A stretch of DNA of 63,981 bases, filler included, from Phoronis australis (Eukaryota; Animalia; Phoronida), in assembly GCA_002633005.1 (NCBI GenBank). It is 6 parts of 6 records of this genome, joined end to end, with 100 filler letters (N's around TTAATTAATTAA, not from the genome) between each part and the next. Parts side by side here need not be neighbours in the genome. Positions count along the whole stretch, not along the records: positions 35,872 to 39,775 come from NMRA01002780.1; positions 39,876 to 44,582 come from NMRA01002507.1; positions 44,683 to 62,795 come from NMRA01001191.1; positions 62,896 to 63,981 come from NMRA01002134.1; 2 more parts are not named here. One strand, written 5' to 3'. Position numbers and translations under genes: made by a program. Positions 39,722-63,981 of this stretch are shown piece by piece (the stretch's first letter is position 1; each line of letters begins with the position of its first letter). The notes beneath the pieces were generated by a model. It did not search any database and was not told where the DNA came from. It was given only the letters and a program-made list of their open reading frames with translations.

Positions 39722-41209
39722 GTAATCAAAGCTGGTTCAACTGCACATGATAGATGCATTTTACCTACACATAGTNNNNNNNNNNNNNNNNNNNNNNNNN
39801 NNNNNNNNNNNNNNNNNNNTTAATTAATTAANNNNNNNNNNNNNNNNNNNNNNNNNNNNNNNNNNNNNNNNNNNNGAAATCATATTAAAGAGACAGAATG
39901 CTTATATAGCCCTTCATTGCGTGCAACTATCTCCAATTTGTATTGCGTGAAATTTAGGAAACATGTACCGCACCACGCAGAAAGCCTTTCAGAAAAAAGG
40001 AAAATGACAATTTTAACAAAATAAAGAATTGTGTTCCCAATTCACTTGAAAAAATCAGTCATTACCGAGCATGCAGAACATTACCAATTTTCTGTTCAAC
40101 GAAAAAAAAAAACGCCCTAGGGGCTGAAATTGCAAGTTTTTCACTTGAAGGTATATTGCTCATTTCATTTTCAGTTCTTGCCAATTATGCATTGTTTGTA
40201 AAGGCCATGACTTTCATTTGCATCCTCCCAGAATGAGATTTCTTAATTTTGGTGACCTCAGATCCCCTGTTTGGCAATCTCAGAATTTCTACAGGTGGAT
40301 AAGGCTAACCCTGGAGCCCTGTATTGGAAAAACAAATTGTTTGGAAATTACATATTTATCACCAAGAATACCAGGAAGACAGTAATGATTATTAATCATT
40401 CCCAAAAGAACTTTCAAGACCAAGCTGCAGCCCATTGAGCCCAGTATAAACAATCTGCATGGATGGTCAGTCATCCCATCAACCTCAGGCTGGGAAGTCA
40501 GGCCAATAAGGAGCAACCAAGGAGACTCAGTGATGAGCCTTGTCTGGCCTTGTCTGCACTCTCTCAATTCATTGGTGTACAATATCACTACCGCTGCCAC
40601 AGAGATGTTCCAACACCATTTTTAGAGCTTCGAAATTTTGTATGAAGTCATACACTATCATCCAAGTGTGTAGACATTGGTTCAGAAATCATAGTCAAAG
40701 AAAAATGGAAAAAGCTATTACACGTTGAGAATAGTGGTCAATGACAACTATGGAAAATTCTGTTTAAGACAACTACAAGTCATTGGTAAAACTGACATTT
40801 TTCAAAGTGTCAAAAGTGACCACATTGCTGTAAATACTCAAAATTTTACTAATTTTTTCTGTGGCAGCTGTATCAAGTAATCCATGTTAACTTTCCTTTA
40901 TTTTGTTTAAACATTTGATCATAAAACATTCCATGTCTGTAAATTTTTATTGTAAATAAGTCATGGCAACACTGGCTAATTTGTGATACCAACCTTTACC
41001 AGAAATGTGGCAGAGTAATATTATATACATGAGGTCTGTGGGGAAATAGTTCATCAAAAGAGGACTAAAACTGAGATACAATTGTAGGCAGGCAGGGTGT
41101 ACACTTTTGTATCCTTGTGTACTTATTGATGTATGCGCACCTTGAAACACACCCAAGGTCAGTTTCTGTTTCAGTGGTAAAATGATGACATATTCAATTG
41201 AATGGCTTG

Positions 41210-41830
41210 TTCACATCTGTGAAGATCCAACTATATTCTCTATAGTAAATACATAGACCCTGAGATTAGCCAGCAGTGAAATGTATTACATAAACACAGA
41301 AAAATCAGGAACCCCAAATGGCAGGGAATCGAACCACAGGTCTCTATATTCTCAATTGAGTGTTCACATCTCTGAGGATTCAACTATATATTCTCAAATT
41401 AGTGTACACATCTGTGAAGATCCAACTAAAATATTCTCAAGTTAGTGTACACATATCTGTGAAGATCCAACTATATTCTCAATTTAGTGTACACATCTGT
41501 GAAGATTCAACTATATTCTCAATTTAGTGTACACATCAGTGAAGATTCAACTATATTCTCAATTTAGTGTACACATCTGTGAAGATTCAACTATATTTTC
41601 AATTTAGTGAACACATCTGTGAAGATTCAACTATATTCTCAATTCAGTGTACACATCTGTGAAGATTCACTATATTCTCACTTTAGTGAACACATCTGTG
41701 ATATTCAACTATATTCTCAATTTAGTGTACACATCTGTGAAGATCCAGTTAATAAATAAACCTGAATTTAGAGAACATTTCTGTGAATATCCAACTAATA
41801 AATAAACCTGGATTTAGTGAACACTTCTCT
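41210..41830. repeat. ~39-bp minisatellite TATTCTCAATTTAGTGTACACATCTGTGAAGATTCAACTA, about 10 good copies (41346-41748) with degenerate flanks
   Basis: Directly visible. Confidence 0.95.
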
Positions 41831-44800
41831 GACGATCCAATTATTGTTGCCAGAATTTTGTGTATACTTATGCAAAGAACCAACTGTATACATCTAAATA
41901 AAATGTACACTTCTACGAAGATATACTTTGGGAGCACGTTTTCCAATAAGCAGAATTGATTAAACACACGACACTTTTCGTTGTTGTTCTATAAAGAGCC
42001 ATAGACACCTGAATTTGGTGAACACTCCTGCAAACATCTAAAAACAATCACTCTCATATGTTGCAAATTTCCATCAGAAAGTAACTGAATATAAAAATTA
42101 TGATTATTGCACTTACTACAATGTTATGATATTCTATAAGTTTTTGACTTCATTATTCCCTGATAATCAAAGTATAAAAGCAACAAGAATTAAAGATCAT
42201 CCCATGGTCTAGAGAAACAGTGAGTGACATCTAATTATAATCAAAACTCTGGGCACTGAGTCACACACACTAGATCTTGAAATGGGCCATAGGTCATAGG
42301 TCAGAGTCAAAAGCTTGTGTATGTACTTCCAGACTAAAATGGGAGGTACAAGTATTTTAAGTGGACTTTTGGTGGAGGAAAGGAAGAAGGCACATAATAA
42401 AAAGGTCAAACTTTACAAGCAGGAGTAATCTTATAGATTCAGTGATTACTGATAAATGAATTGCAAGCATGGCGCTTCAAAGTTCATTCATGGAATAATC
42501 AAACTCAAAGAGAGTCAAAACACATTGACTGGAAGTCACCTTAAAAACCAAAGTTTGGTAAATCAAAAAGAGAGGAAAACATAAAATCAAACTAAAACAG
42601 CTACAGAAATGTGACCTTGCACACTAACTATCTAGATAAATGACTGTTTTAACAGGGTTAAGCAAATAATTCAAATGCTACATGATACCTAGGCCAAGAC
42701 AGCAAACATCACACTGATATCTTTTCAGGAAATAAATCGTTTATTTGTACTGAACCTCCGAGGTAAAACTGAAACTCTCAATGACACCTTTATAGCAAAT
42801 GTTTCATCATAGAACTTCAAATCTTAAGAAGTAAAGAGCTTTTGCCAAATCATATACGCGTGTGCATGTACATTGGAAAGAAATCAAGTTACACTTTGGC
42901 AAGACAAACAAAATGGTCACCCAGAGTTATTTTAGAAATAAATATAGATCGTAAGAGAAAATGGAAAATTCTTGTTCACATGTTTACTTCACATAACATT
43001 TTGCTATAAAGCTCCCTAAGATTTTAAATTTGCCATTCAGCAAAATGATTACTGGAACTGTTTAACAGAATTTATAAAAAATATGTCACAAGTAGGTTAG
43101 TACTTTACTTTAGTTTACTTGTGCAAGTTATTTTAATGTCAAAATCTCCTAAGACAAAAAATTAAGTTCCAGAAGAAGGGAGATACAGGGGACATAATGT
43201 ACATTGTTAAAAGCTAACCAAACATACCTGTGATCGTGGTATCTTTGCAGACATCAAATACATGCGGCAAGGGGACATAACCTGCACAGAGATGAAAATA
43301 ATGAGCACCTGAAGACAGACAGGGTATAAGTACAAGACTATCACTATTCAGCAAACAGTGTTTCCACATTTAGTCTCAAAACACTGTAGTAGATACTGAT
43401 ATAAACAAAAGCAACACAAAGCATCGATATGGACACACCTTGTGCATCGCACAAAATGTAGATTCAACGGATGATCATTGTTCTAAACATTCTCACAAAA
43501 GGGAGCAATGCTGGTAATGTTAAATAACCTTTAGGGGGTGTAAAGCAAGTTAGAAATAACAAAAAACCTGACAGGAAAGTAATAACAAAAAATTGTTTAA
43601 AAAATGGTTGCTAGGTGGTTTACAATACATCCAGTCCTTCTGAAAATGAAAAAGTGTCACTGCTTTCGTGAAAAAAAAATATTTCATGAAAATCTGCCAA
43701 AGAACTTTGAAGACATAGAGGAAAACGTAAAAAATCAATGACTACAACTCAGTTTTCTAAAAAGTGGGGTTAAACCATAATTCTAGCAAGTAGCATACGT
43801 GGAACAAAGACTAGAGTCAAATGATGCGCGTATTTCAAGATCAATGGAATACAGACTCAAGCTTCAAAAGCACGACACATCAATCATCTCAAATGAACAG
43901 AACAAAACTGTGGCCAGTTACCTTGAATCTAAGTGAATGTTACTAAAGATAAGAAGATATGTTAGCTCTCGAGTTCCTATTTCAACACTGAGTTGACAAG
44001 ACAATTTGAAAATTTTAGATCATTGACATTGAATGTAAATTCAACGTTTTGGTTTCTCACTTCCTGTATCTAATTTAAACAGTTCCTACCATGGTCACAA
44101 GTGCTAAATGCAACAGGGAATTGTTTGTATTAGGGTATTTAAAGCTTTTCTTAATAAAAAAATAAAATTAACGTGAAAATTGGAAAACAAAAAATCGGTG
44201 CAACGTATGGGGCGAGAGATATGTCCATTAGTCTAGCAAAGTTACTTGTAATGGACTTGATCCAATTGTGAACAAATTTTTGTAGAATTCCGGCTTGAGG
44301 GGAATTTTTAATCACTTGGGGGAATGTTTGAGCCTCACGGGGGAACTTCGTTTGATTTTTTCAATATTTTTCAGAGGAGAATGAAGCTGATATTCGGCCA
44401 AAAAATCGAAGAATTGTGACCTTGATGATAACAAAAACTAATGCTCCACTCGACTGGCAATGTCGAATATAGAAGACAAGATCACAATCGTGTGTTCTAT
44501 GAATGACTTCACATGGTGGGAAACTAGAAAATTAAAAAAATTTCACTCTGAAATTTTAAATTTCCCGTTTATTTTATCATACNNNNNNNNNNNNNNNNNN
44601 NNNNNNNNNNNNNNNNNNNNNNNNNNTTAATTAATTAANNNNNNNNNNNNNNNNNNNNNNNNNNNNNNNNNNNNNNNNNNNNGTGTGGCATATTGACTGA
44701 CTAGTAAATGAAAGCAAACGACGACGGAACTTAACACAACCGAGGTAGAACAATGACTGACTCGGCAGCTCTCACAGTCAGACTATAGGAAAAGAAATTG

Positions 44801-45189
44801 GCGCGAAATGCTTGCCTCCTAAAACGTCACTTCCGAAAGAGCGGACGAGTAATTAATAAAATTACGAAAAGCTGTAATTAAGTGGAAAATATATCTAGGA
44901 TAACCAACCAACCTTATTTTAGCTCAAAATGACATGGAAAAAGGTTGCCTTCGCCTTTAACACTAGTATTGTTCATGTGGTAGTTCAGAATATATTTTCT
45001 GGCCAACAGTAGGCGCTGCTAAAAATTTTCTATTTGTCTTTTTGAGCAATTTTCCAACTAATGTCATAATATTTATCACTTTTCCCTTCCAGTAACTTCA
45101 AATGAGCAAAACCCAATCAAATTATCATTCAGATTGGGTCTAGTGCTCAGTTTTTGAAGATTGATTTTCTCAGTGCCAAATTATGCAAA

Positions 45190-45362
45190 GTCAGATTTTT
45201 GAAGTCAAATTTCTCGAAAACGTGCAAGTCAAAAATTGGGAAATTTTTAGATTCTTAAAGTATAGTACTTAATGACCTTAAAAACACCAAATTTATCTTG
45301 CCCCCAAAGTGGCCACGGAACTGATTTTCTAGGCTTCCTAGAGTGGAGTGGGCTACGGCCTA
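45190..45362. mobile_element. Terminus of a second, diverged Academ-like family (reverse orientation)
   Basis: Reverse complement TAGGCCGTAGCCCA...CTAGAAAAT...ACTTTGGGGGCAA...GGTGTTTTT...AATCTAAAAATTTCCCA is colinear with the 27884 end. Confidence 0.6.
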
Positions 45363-46247
45363 GTAGTAGGCCTACTTGGCGATTCAAAAACTAAGCATGA
45401 TCACCATTTGACGAGGATTTAGGAAATGCAATTGGTTTGTGTTCAAATATGTTGTAACTTAACTTTCATTTTTAACAGCACAGCCCAGTTGCTGGCTAGA
45501 TACGATCTTATTGAAGATTAGAGCAATTATCGAACGAAAGAGAGCTTGCCCTCCGAGCTCTAACCATGAATGCCAGAATGGAGTTAATCAGTAAGCCTTG
45601 GCTACAGGGGTAAACTTCCCAACTTGTTGGTGGGCTATAGAACCGAACAAGTTGGGAGGCAACGGGAAAACGCCATAATGGGTTCGAAAAAGACGAAATG
45701 CGTTCCAAGACATATGGAAAACGCGGTGTCATGGATAAACATAGCACCACCTTTCGCTTTTTCACGAAACCTTTTCGTTTTTGGTGTAGCAAGTCGTTTT
45801 AAGGTATACTGATTCCTCAAGGTTCGTTTCCGACATTTTTTGGAACTGTCTATTTGAATATAACCGATTCCTGTCCAAGGCCAGAGCTTCATGAGGCCGC
45901 TAACCATTCTAAAGTGACTAAGCTATGCAAAGAGCAGTGTCATCAATTATACACTGGTTTACAAACGGACACTAACATACCTCAGCTACTGTAATATAAT
46001 GCTTATAAGTTCCGATAAAGCCACACAGAACTTGTGACTCGCCCCATGTCTTATTGAAACGTTGCCTTAGTTCAAGTATTGTCAGAATAAAGTAGCCTTG
46101 AAGCGAAAGAGATTGCTGACTTGTTGCTTTTCTACAAATAAATAACTTCCATCATACAACGGATCTCGACAATGTGCCGAACCTATAGAGTAATGTGCAT
46201 ATAGTTATTCTTCTGTTGGTCTGTGTACCAAATAATTTCATAATGAG

Positions 46248-47162
46248 TAGATACACCGGAAGAGCCACTGAATCAACTAAAAGACGAAACAAATAAACAT
46301 TAACACCAAGAGTCTGCTAATAAAGTAATAACATCGATACTACTCAAAATTAGTAAGAATGTGCATCATGGCGGAATTCACGACCATGACATCGCGGTCA
46401 GCTGCAATGCTCTGATGGCAGACGACATGCCGCTGGCTAAATGCATGTGCTTTTAATGGGTAACGTCGTCGGATTTGATTTCAGGGAATATGAGGCAGAC
46501 AATGAGCGACTTGTAATAAAATCAGAGTTTGTTGTTTTACAACTATATAAATCAATTATATTCATTCCGCTCACAGTGAGATCTGCAAGGCTATATGTTA
46601 TGTTAATGACTTCTAGAAGTCTAAACAATGGTAATATCCAGAAAATCTGATTTTCGGCATTCGAAACCGAAGATGTCCCTGGTTACGCTGGTGCACTGTT
46701 AATTGAACAAAGAGGCAGATTTTTCAAATTTCGTGCAAAAAATGAAAATTTGATGATATCCGTGAAAAATCGCAGCGTTCCATGCATGTAAACAAACGTT
46801 TTCCTGTGATAACATGCCTCTGGGCAAATTGTTTCGTGCACAGTCACGATCATAAAGGATTTCAACTTTCTGGATCTGTCATTAAATTTTCAAAGGATAC
46901 CAGGAGGAAAATCTGAAAATGGCAACTCTGGAGAAAGACCACTCAACAAGAACCATCGGGAGAATAAGTTTTTAGTTAATTCTTGCTTTCATCTTTTACA
47001 AATGACGCCAATGATATTGGTAGGTGACAGAAATCGTCAAAACAGGGCTTAGTATCCTTTAAAAAGTCAATAAACCGTTACATAGAATTCTAGGGTCATC
47101 GTACGACCGCACAATACTCCTTTATCTCAGGAATACCTCTAGTTACTCTCATGAATGTAGCG
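46248..47162. repeat. ~0.9-kb dispersed repeat, copy 1 (upstream of the protease)
   Basis: Colinear with 61752-62781 from TAGATACACCGGAAG to AGTTACTCTCATG. Confidence 0.85.
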
Positions 47163-48124
47163 TGCGAACTAGTAAAGTAACAAAACAATTTGTCCCTCCA
47201 CGAATGTCTACGAACTTCGGAATTCATGGGACCTGGTAGTTTCGCACGAACACATCGTTCGTAGGAAGTTTTGTTACCGTTATGACAGCTTTTTACTCGC
47301 CATGTGTTCAGTTGTTCACAAGCACATTACACAGTGTGTGTGGGCCTTGGAGCACGTGGCGCATGGCGTTGAAGATTATGACCTTTATCTGGGCCCACAC
47401 TGGGAACCGACAGAATTTCATTTTGGGCTGATTACGGAGATGATAAGCCTTTTAGTATAAATTGGGACTCGCCCTACCTTGCCCATCCCTGGCGGATACT
47501 TGGCAGAGTCACCACCATGTTATTCTTTTCTACGGTCGCATGTCTCGTGGCATTGGCCAATGCCCAATGTAAGTAGTGCTTTTTTGACTTCATAAGATTT
47601 CCGAAACCTCTCTTCCAAATCATAAGCAGATTGAGATCAGTGCAGGCAGTAAGTTGTGTATAAACCTAAAGTTTCAGTTTCTGTGGGCAGCGGCTTCACA
47701 TCAATTTCAAAATAATGCTTGCAGAAACAAAACTTAGAATTCTGAATGAAATACAAAATGCTTCGAAGCGTAATCGAACCTCAGTCCTCTGACCCATCCG
47801 TTTGCATTCGGCTATGATGAACCCGCCTTTGGTTGCCAAAAAACTTTTGATTTACATTATTTTCGCCAATAGAACTCGTTTCAACTTTTCCAAACTCAGA
47901 TAAAAACGTTTTCTTTGTCATGAAAGAACTGAAACGTCATATTTGAGAGCGTGCTCAGCGCATGCGCGGCAAAACCAATCAATCGAGACTGGTAACCATT
48001 AGCAAACTGTTATTCATGAAAACTACTTACGTTCCTGTTTGACCAGATATGTGGATCACTTTGATCACAATCTGTTTTGGAAATCTCCCTCTTCATATTA
48101 AAACTGGTAGGTATTCTAACACAA

Positions 48125-48354
48125 GGGGCCCATTCCAAGAAAACTGACTTAGCAAACACAAATCTTAAATTTCAATCCTGATTTTAAGATAAAACCTAAA
48201 TTTATCTCAAGACAGTTTAAAAAAAGAGTGCAGTTTTTGACTTAAAATTTGTCTTAATTTTGACTTGCTTACCAGATGTGGAAATTTCGAAGTTGAGACA
48301 AATTTTAGACTTGAGCCAAAAACGAACTTAAGTCAGTTTTTCGGATCGGACCCC
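48125..48354. mobile_element. PIF/Harbinger-like MITE
   Basis: Imperfect TIRs GGGGCCCATTCCAAGAAAACTGACTTA / TAAGTCAGTTTTTCGGATCGGACCCC. Confidence 0.6.
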
Positions 48355-48614
48355 AGTTTTTTGTTATCCAAATAAAAAGTTGTGTCGGAAGACTGCGTTT
48401 TTTTGCTTTAATCTACGCGTTCGACAGAAGACAAAGACATTTGTGTTTCTTACGTGCATTTGAATTTGAAGCACTAGTGAGTTTTATTATGCGCCATCCA
48501 ATGTCCTTTGACTGATCCCTGCCAAATATGTCTCGACACTTATTAACAGACTAAATATGCAATACGTGACCATTTCACACAGATGTTGAACACGAAGCAA
48601 GAGTGACAACAAAA

Positions 48615-58845
<10,231 letters not shown>

Positions 58846-60333
58846 AAAAGGAACGGATATGGAAGAAACGAGGAATAAAATTGCATCAATGACTATGTTC
58901 TAAGTTTTGAATAAGAGTAACAAAAAATCCAATGATTTTAAAGAAGAAATAAATCCGTGCCTTCTATCAAAAAACAACTTTTGATTTAGGACACCTCGTG
59001 TTTTGAAATCAGTTTCAGGTGTTGCTTAGTTACTCAGGTTATAAGTGATTTCTAGACTTGAGAGCTAACAGGGCTTTTCAGTTGCTGAGTCACGGCAGGA
59101 TAGTTTCAGCCCTTAAGCAGCATGGTCGTCAGAAGAATTATGTGGGATTTATGGAAGTATACTTAGTTCCAACAAAGGACAAGAAATCGACGGCGTTGCT
59201 TTTGAAGAGCAAGTATGTCTTTGAAGCAAGTTGAAGTGTTTAACGTTAGAACACGGTACAGCGGCTTTAAGTTAGTGTTGTTCGGTTGTGCAGTGTGAAA
59301 ACTGGCGATACATGGCGATTATGTTTCTGTCTAACTTTGCAAGTTAGCCACGAGCCAAATTATTTTGAAAAGTCAGCCTAAGTTACGTTGCTAAGCTCAT
59401 TCGCAATACAAATCAAAACCAAGTTGGTAGCACCGGTCATTTCAAAATGACTCGAGCGCAGGGGGGTCGAATATTTGGGTCATATTTTAACTATCTTCAA
59501 GACGGTTACATCCCAATATCGAATTAAGCGGTGGGACGACATAATTACAGACTACCATTTTATAACTCCTTTCGTAAACGACAGGAATAAAAAAAACATA
59601 AAAAGGTTCAAAGAGCATCTGTTAATCAGTTGAGTAAGTTGTTTTGGGGTCGTTTAGAGCGTGGGGGGAAGCTGATCAATTCTATGAATTCCATTGTGGT
59701 CTGCTGCTCCTCTATTACTCAGTTTGATTTTCTTTCGAAGTATGTTCAGTTCTCGTGTGTTTTGAAAATGGAACAGGACATAAAATTCCACGAGTGAATG
59801 GACGCGGTCAGTTTGCGGAAGGACGGGTCAGTTATATGATTTTTGAAGATTTTTCTCTTGTACAGTACCTTCTCTGGATTTTTCCCTGAGACGGGAGTAA
59901 ATTCCAATCAATTAGCTTAGTGGCCGATTTTGAGGCGGTATGTCTCATAATTTTTCAAACACCAAGTAGATACCTCCATTCCATGAGAAAACCAAAAGAA
60001 ATCTGTAAAAGTTAATGGGTCATATTTCAGAATCACCTTACACTCTATCAACAAAGTTGCACTTAGAATTCGACCTATTGACCTTTAAATATTCGCGACG
60101 AAAATGTCCCATTTTTACACAAGAGAAACAACAATTTTCTAACATCAAAAACAGGTAAATGACGTGTGATGATAGAGAAGGTGTATAGAATTTAGAGAGT
60201 GTTACATAAGGATAAAATTGCAAGAAACGATTTTGTGTCATCCACCTCGTGGCAGGGGAGACAAATCTGAAGGCATGATTACAGTGAGTTGTCTGCAGTG
60301 CCACCATTTCCTGGACGCTTGGCCCGTGTGTAA

Positions 60334-60650
60334 ATTATCGTTAGCCAAATGGGTGAACGTTACGCACCTAAATTACGTGCGCAAGTTAAGTCTTGTTAGA
60401 GGCGTGAAGTAATTTGCAGAGTAAACTATTTACTTTAGGCATCAAATAATTACTTTACGCCGATAAATGTTACTTTACTCCGCCGCAAATAATAATTTTA
60501 CGCCATTAAAATTACTTTACGCCGCAAATAATTACTTTACACCGTTAGTAGTAACTTTACACCCCAAATAAATAATTTATGCCTCTAGCGGGAATTACTT
60601 TACTCACGTAATTTACGTGCGTAACGTTCACTCATTTGGCCAACGATAAT
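60334..60650. mobile_element. MITE with ~50-bp TIRs and internal TTACTTTACGCC tandem units; truncated copy at ~61241-61320
   Basis: ATTATCGTTAGCCAAATGGGTGAACGTTACGCAC at the left end and its reverse complement at 60601-60650. Confidence 0.8.
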
Positions 60651-61751
60651 AAGCTTTCCCCCGAGGCTTCAGCTGCATTTGAGTTTTCATTACTCCATTC
60701 GTTTCAGTAAAATGCACTTTTTCGTGAGTGGGTGCAACCTATCCGATACCTCCGTGGGGTGCATCATCCTTGCAACTTCGCTCCAAGAGTAGAAGGGTAA
60801 TATGTATAGCTACTGAACTCTGACGTCCATCTACGGTATGAGGAATGTCAAAACTAATGCTGCGTGTTCTATTTTCACCCAACCTGAAGCAAGATTTGAG
60901 TGAAATACGTGAGAAGAACATTCTCAGTATTCTCGGTATAATGTTTCATAACTGGGTCTATAAACAAACACTTTTGCTATGTCGCTCGTTACTGGGTAAT
61001 TACTCTTTAATAGTTCTTCTTCTTGGGCAGTCGTCCCCTAAAATTATATTTAGGCCCACAGCTGGGTGTTTTTGTGATTTTCAATGCTTAGTGTATCATT
61101 TCATGAAAGTTTCATAAAAACAGATGATTTTTCTTACGTGGTGCCCCATTTGTGGCCTTTTTATTTCATAAATTGCAAGATGTGGCTAATCAACAGTCCG
61201 AGAAGCATACTGTTCGCTGTGCTGTCTTGGGCGTATTTCTATCGCTGGCCAAATGTGTAAACGTTACACACGTAAATTACGTGCGTAAGTTAATTCTTGT
61301 TAGAGGCGTAAAGTAATTATTTAGATGCCATCTACATAGTATGTAAGATACTATTTACATCCAGGCGTCATCATCTTGAACTTTTGTCTTAACTCACTGA
61401 AACTCTTTAAGCTTAAAAATCCCGAATAGTTGTTATCGCTGCTTTACTGTGTATTTATCATAGCAAATTTTTGGCGACTTTTATTGTATAAAAGTGAAGC
61501 ACTAGGTAGTTACAATTATATACCTTTTCCGAAAACTGACCATCAATTAGTTATTTTATCAATTGATTATTTTTTGCTTAATTTTAAAATTTACTTTTTG
61601 AAAGTTTCCACTGACTGTCGAAAATCTCATTAACTGTAGACGAATCAGAGTTTATCATTTCGGTTCACGAAGTATTAACCTAAATAACCACGAAGTTCTG
61701 ACCTCGAACATGTATCGGTTCCTAAAACACGAAGTACAGGTTCGAAGTATA

Positions 61752-62781
61752 TAGATACACCGGAAGGGGCACTGACTCAACTAAAAGTCTAAACAAGTTG
61801 ACTTCAACAGCAAGAATCTGCTAATAAAGTAATAATATCGATACTACCACGAAATCAAAATTAGCAAGAATATGCATCATGGATTTCATGACCATGACCC
61901 CGCGGTCAGCTTGAATGCTGTGATGGCGGACGGCAAAATCACACTGGCTAAAAGGCAGAGTAATACACGTGAATTTAACTGGTAACTTCGCCGGCCTTGA
62001 TTTCAGGGAATATGAGGTAGACGATGATGAGAAATAGAGACTTGTAACAAAATCACAAATATTACAACTGTATCGTATTATTTCCGCTTACAGAAAGACG
62101 TGCGAGGCTATATGTTATGTTAATGACTTCAAGAAGTCTAAATAATTATATATATCCAAAAAATCTGATTTTCGGCATTAAAACCGACGATGTCCCTGAT
62201 CATGCACTGTTAATTGAACAAAGAAGCACAGATTTTTCAAATTTCGTGCGAAAAACTTTGTGAAAATTCGGTGATATCCAGAAAAAAATAGCAGCATTTT
62301 ATGCATGTAAAGAAATATGTTCCTGCGATAACAAGCATTTGGCAGCTGCTTCCGTGCACATCACAACATTTTATAATCATCAAGGATTTCAAATATACAG
62401 CTTTCTGGGTCTGCATTAAATCTTCAAAACACACAGGAGGAAAATTACAAAATTTCTTTAGAAGTCTGCTAAGTGGGCAAGAGTGACCTACGCTTTTAGC
62501 GAATTACATGACAGCTATGGGGAAAGATCACCCAACAAGAACCATATTATCCAATCTGCGGCATCGGGAGTATAAGTTTTTAGTTGATTCGTGCTTTTAT
62601 TTGTCGCAAATGACGCCAACGATGCAGAACGGATTGGCAGAAATCGTCAAAACAGGGTTTAGCATCCTTTTAAAAGTCATCGCACCATTACATAGAATTC
62701 CTTGGTCATTGCATGACCACACAGTACCCTTTTATACATGTATCAGGAATACCTGTAGTTACTCTCATGCCTAATGTAGGG
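61752..62781. repeat. ~1-kb dispersed repeat, copy 2 (downstream of the protease)
   Basis: Colinear with 46248-47162, same orientation. Confidence 0.85.
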
Positions 62782-63666
62782 TAACTGTGGTTGGTNNNNN
62801 NNNNNNNNNNNNNNNNNNNNNNNNNNNNNNNNNNNNNNNTTAATTAATTAANNNNNNNNNNNNNNNNNNNNNNNNNNNNNNNNNNNNNNNNNNNNCTGAT
62901 GACGTATGTTAAAGTTGCATTTCGTGCTGATTAGCTGGCTAAAACAAACGAATATCGAATAAGACCTTTTACTCCCATAAAATCGCTTTCATGATACCGC
63001 ACATTAGGGCTCAAATTCCATTTCCAATCAAGTCGCAAGCAAAACATCAATTTGCAATTTTTGAGGGAGGCCAATCCCAATAAACTCCGAAGAGCTTTCT
63101 TCGGTATGTTCATACACGTAACAGGGACGGAGTCATATCACGGCAACAAGTATTATCAAACATTTTTGTAAGAGTATACGGACTTAATTTGATTTTTGAT
63201 TTTAGTCCGCTAAATATGTCGAAATGCAGCTGATTTACTACCAGTGCCCTTTCTTGGATAAATATAGGATGAATAGCGTCTTACTGCAAGACTTAATTCT
63301 ACCCTACCACACTGAACTTTAAAGACACACGCCACGACATATTTTGATTCTAATTTTAGTGTTTTGGCCATTTCTTAACTTTAAGTGCATGGAATTAACA
63401 TTCACAGTTTCAAAAATGTGTACTATGGTTAACGTTAGATTAGTTGATTATCGAGCTGGAGTTGGCAACTTTGAGTTCATTGGCCATATTACTGTCGTCT
63501 GGATCGCTGAAAACGACAGAAAACGGCTAAAGTACAGGGAATATCTTGCTTTTGATCAGTGATTATTACACGATGACCGCAATAACAGAAAAGCTCAGGA
63601 AATGTGATGCTAAAATGGTGATATGAGAAACCAGTATTTGTTGAAGTAAAGGCGATCTTCTCTCAG

Positions 63667-63883
63667 GTTGACGCCCGAATCGCCAAGATGGCTTCTTAAA
63701 CGTCACCGTGTTGAAGACGCAATCGTTGTACTGAAAAGCATTGCCCGCATGAACGGTGTTGAATGGAACGCGGAGATGGATCAAATGGTGGTCACGAGCA
63801 AGCAAGAAGAAAAACAAGTCGTGAGCTTGAAGAATAATGTTTTCCTTCGGAAATTTAAAACTAAAACAATTATTGTATTTTGA
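63667..63883 (+). CDS. Internal exon of an SLC22/organic cation-type MFS transporter (central loop), possibly truncated
   Basis: tctcag acceptor, then LTPESPRWLL...A..VLKSIARMNG, the PESPRWL motif after TM6 of SLC22/sugar-porter MFS proteins. The frame stops at 63881-63883. Confidence 0.75.
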
Positions 63884-63981
63884 CATTTCAAGCTTACGTA
63901 AATATGTTATTAAGAAGCGTGAGAACTGTGAAATAAAGACGAAGCCGTGGTGTGGGCTGAGTTATGTAGACGCAACAACCT

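Noticed and set aside
41346-41748. ~39-bp periodic array as CRISPR
   Set aside because: Head-to-tail units without unique spacers, eukaryotic context, no cas genes. The same applies to 39381-39493.
43227-43307. Minus-strand exon-like segment with cag/gtatg boundaries
   Set aside because: No recognisable protein or partner exons; cannot be supported without transcripts.

Overview
AT-rich, intron-containing animal genomic DNA from a gapped draft assembly, probably a marine invertebrate (taxon is inference). Genes reconstructed by hand from splice sites and motifs: (1) a complete 3-exon TIMM10B/Tim9b small Tim chaperone on the minus strand (4125-7379); (2) two tandem, divergent SLC15/POT-family transporter genes on the plus strand (3' exons of copy A at 15019-18423, 5' exons of copy B at 20142-25923); (3) an 8-exon secreted trypsin-type serine protease with a Gly-Asn/Gly-Lys tail (48615-58845); (4) one SLC22-like exon at the right edge; (5) an orphan signal-peptide exon. 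The rest is mostly mobile DNA: RTE and CR1/L2-type LINE 3' ends, a Penelope GIY-YIG fragment, Academ-like elements, Kolobok/hAT/Harbinger-like MITEs, two solo LTRs (one built around a tRNA-like sequence), SINE pieces and minisatellites. The N-gaps with TTAATTAATTAA linkers and the duplications at contig joins are assembly artefacts. The most striking pattern is a large excess of TACATGTA. Internal comparisons indicate it arises by adding CATGTA at TA sites, which fits the geometry of a Tc1/mariner excision footprint. No bacterial-type system or CRISPR array is present, and I cannot claim a proven new system.
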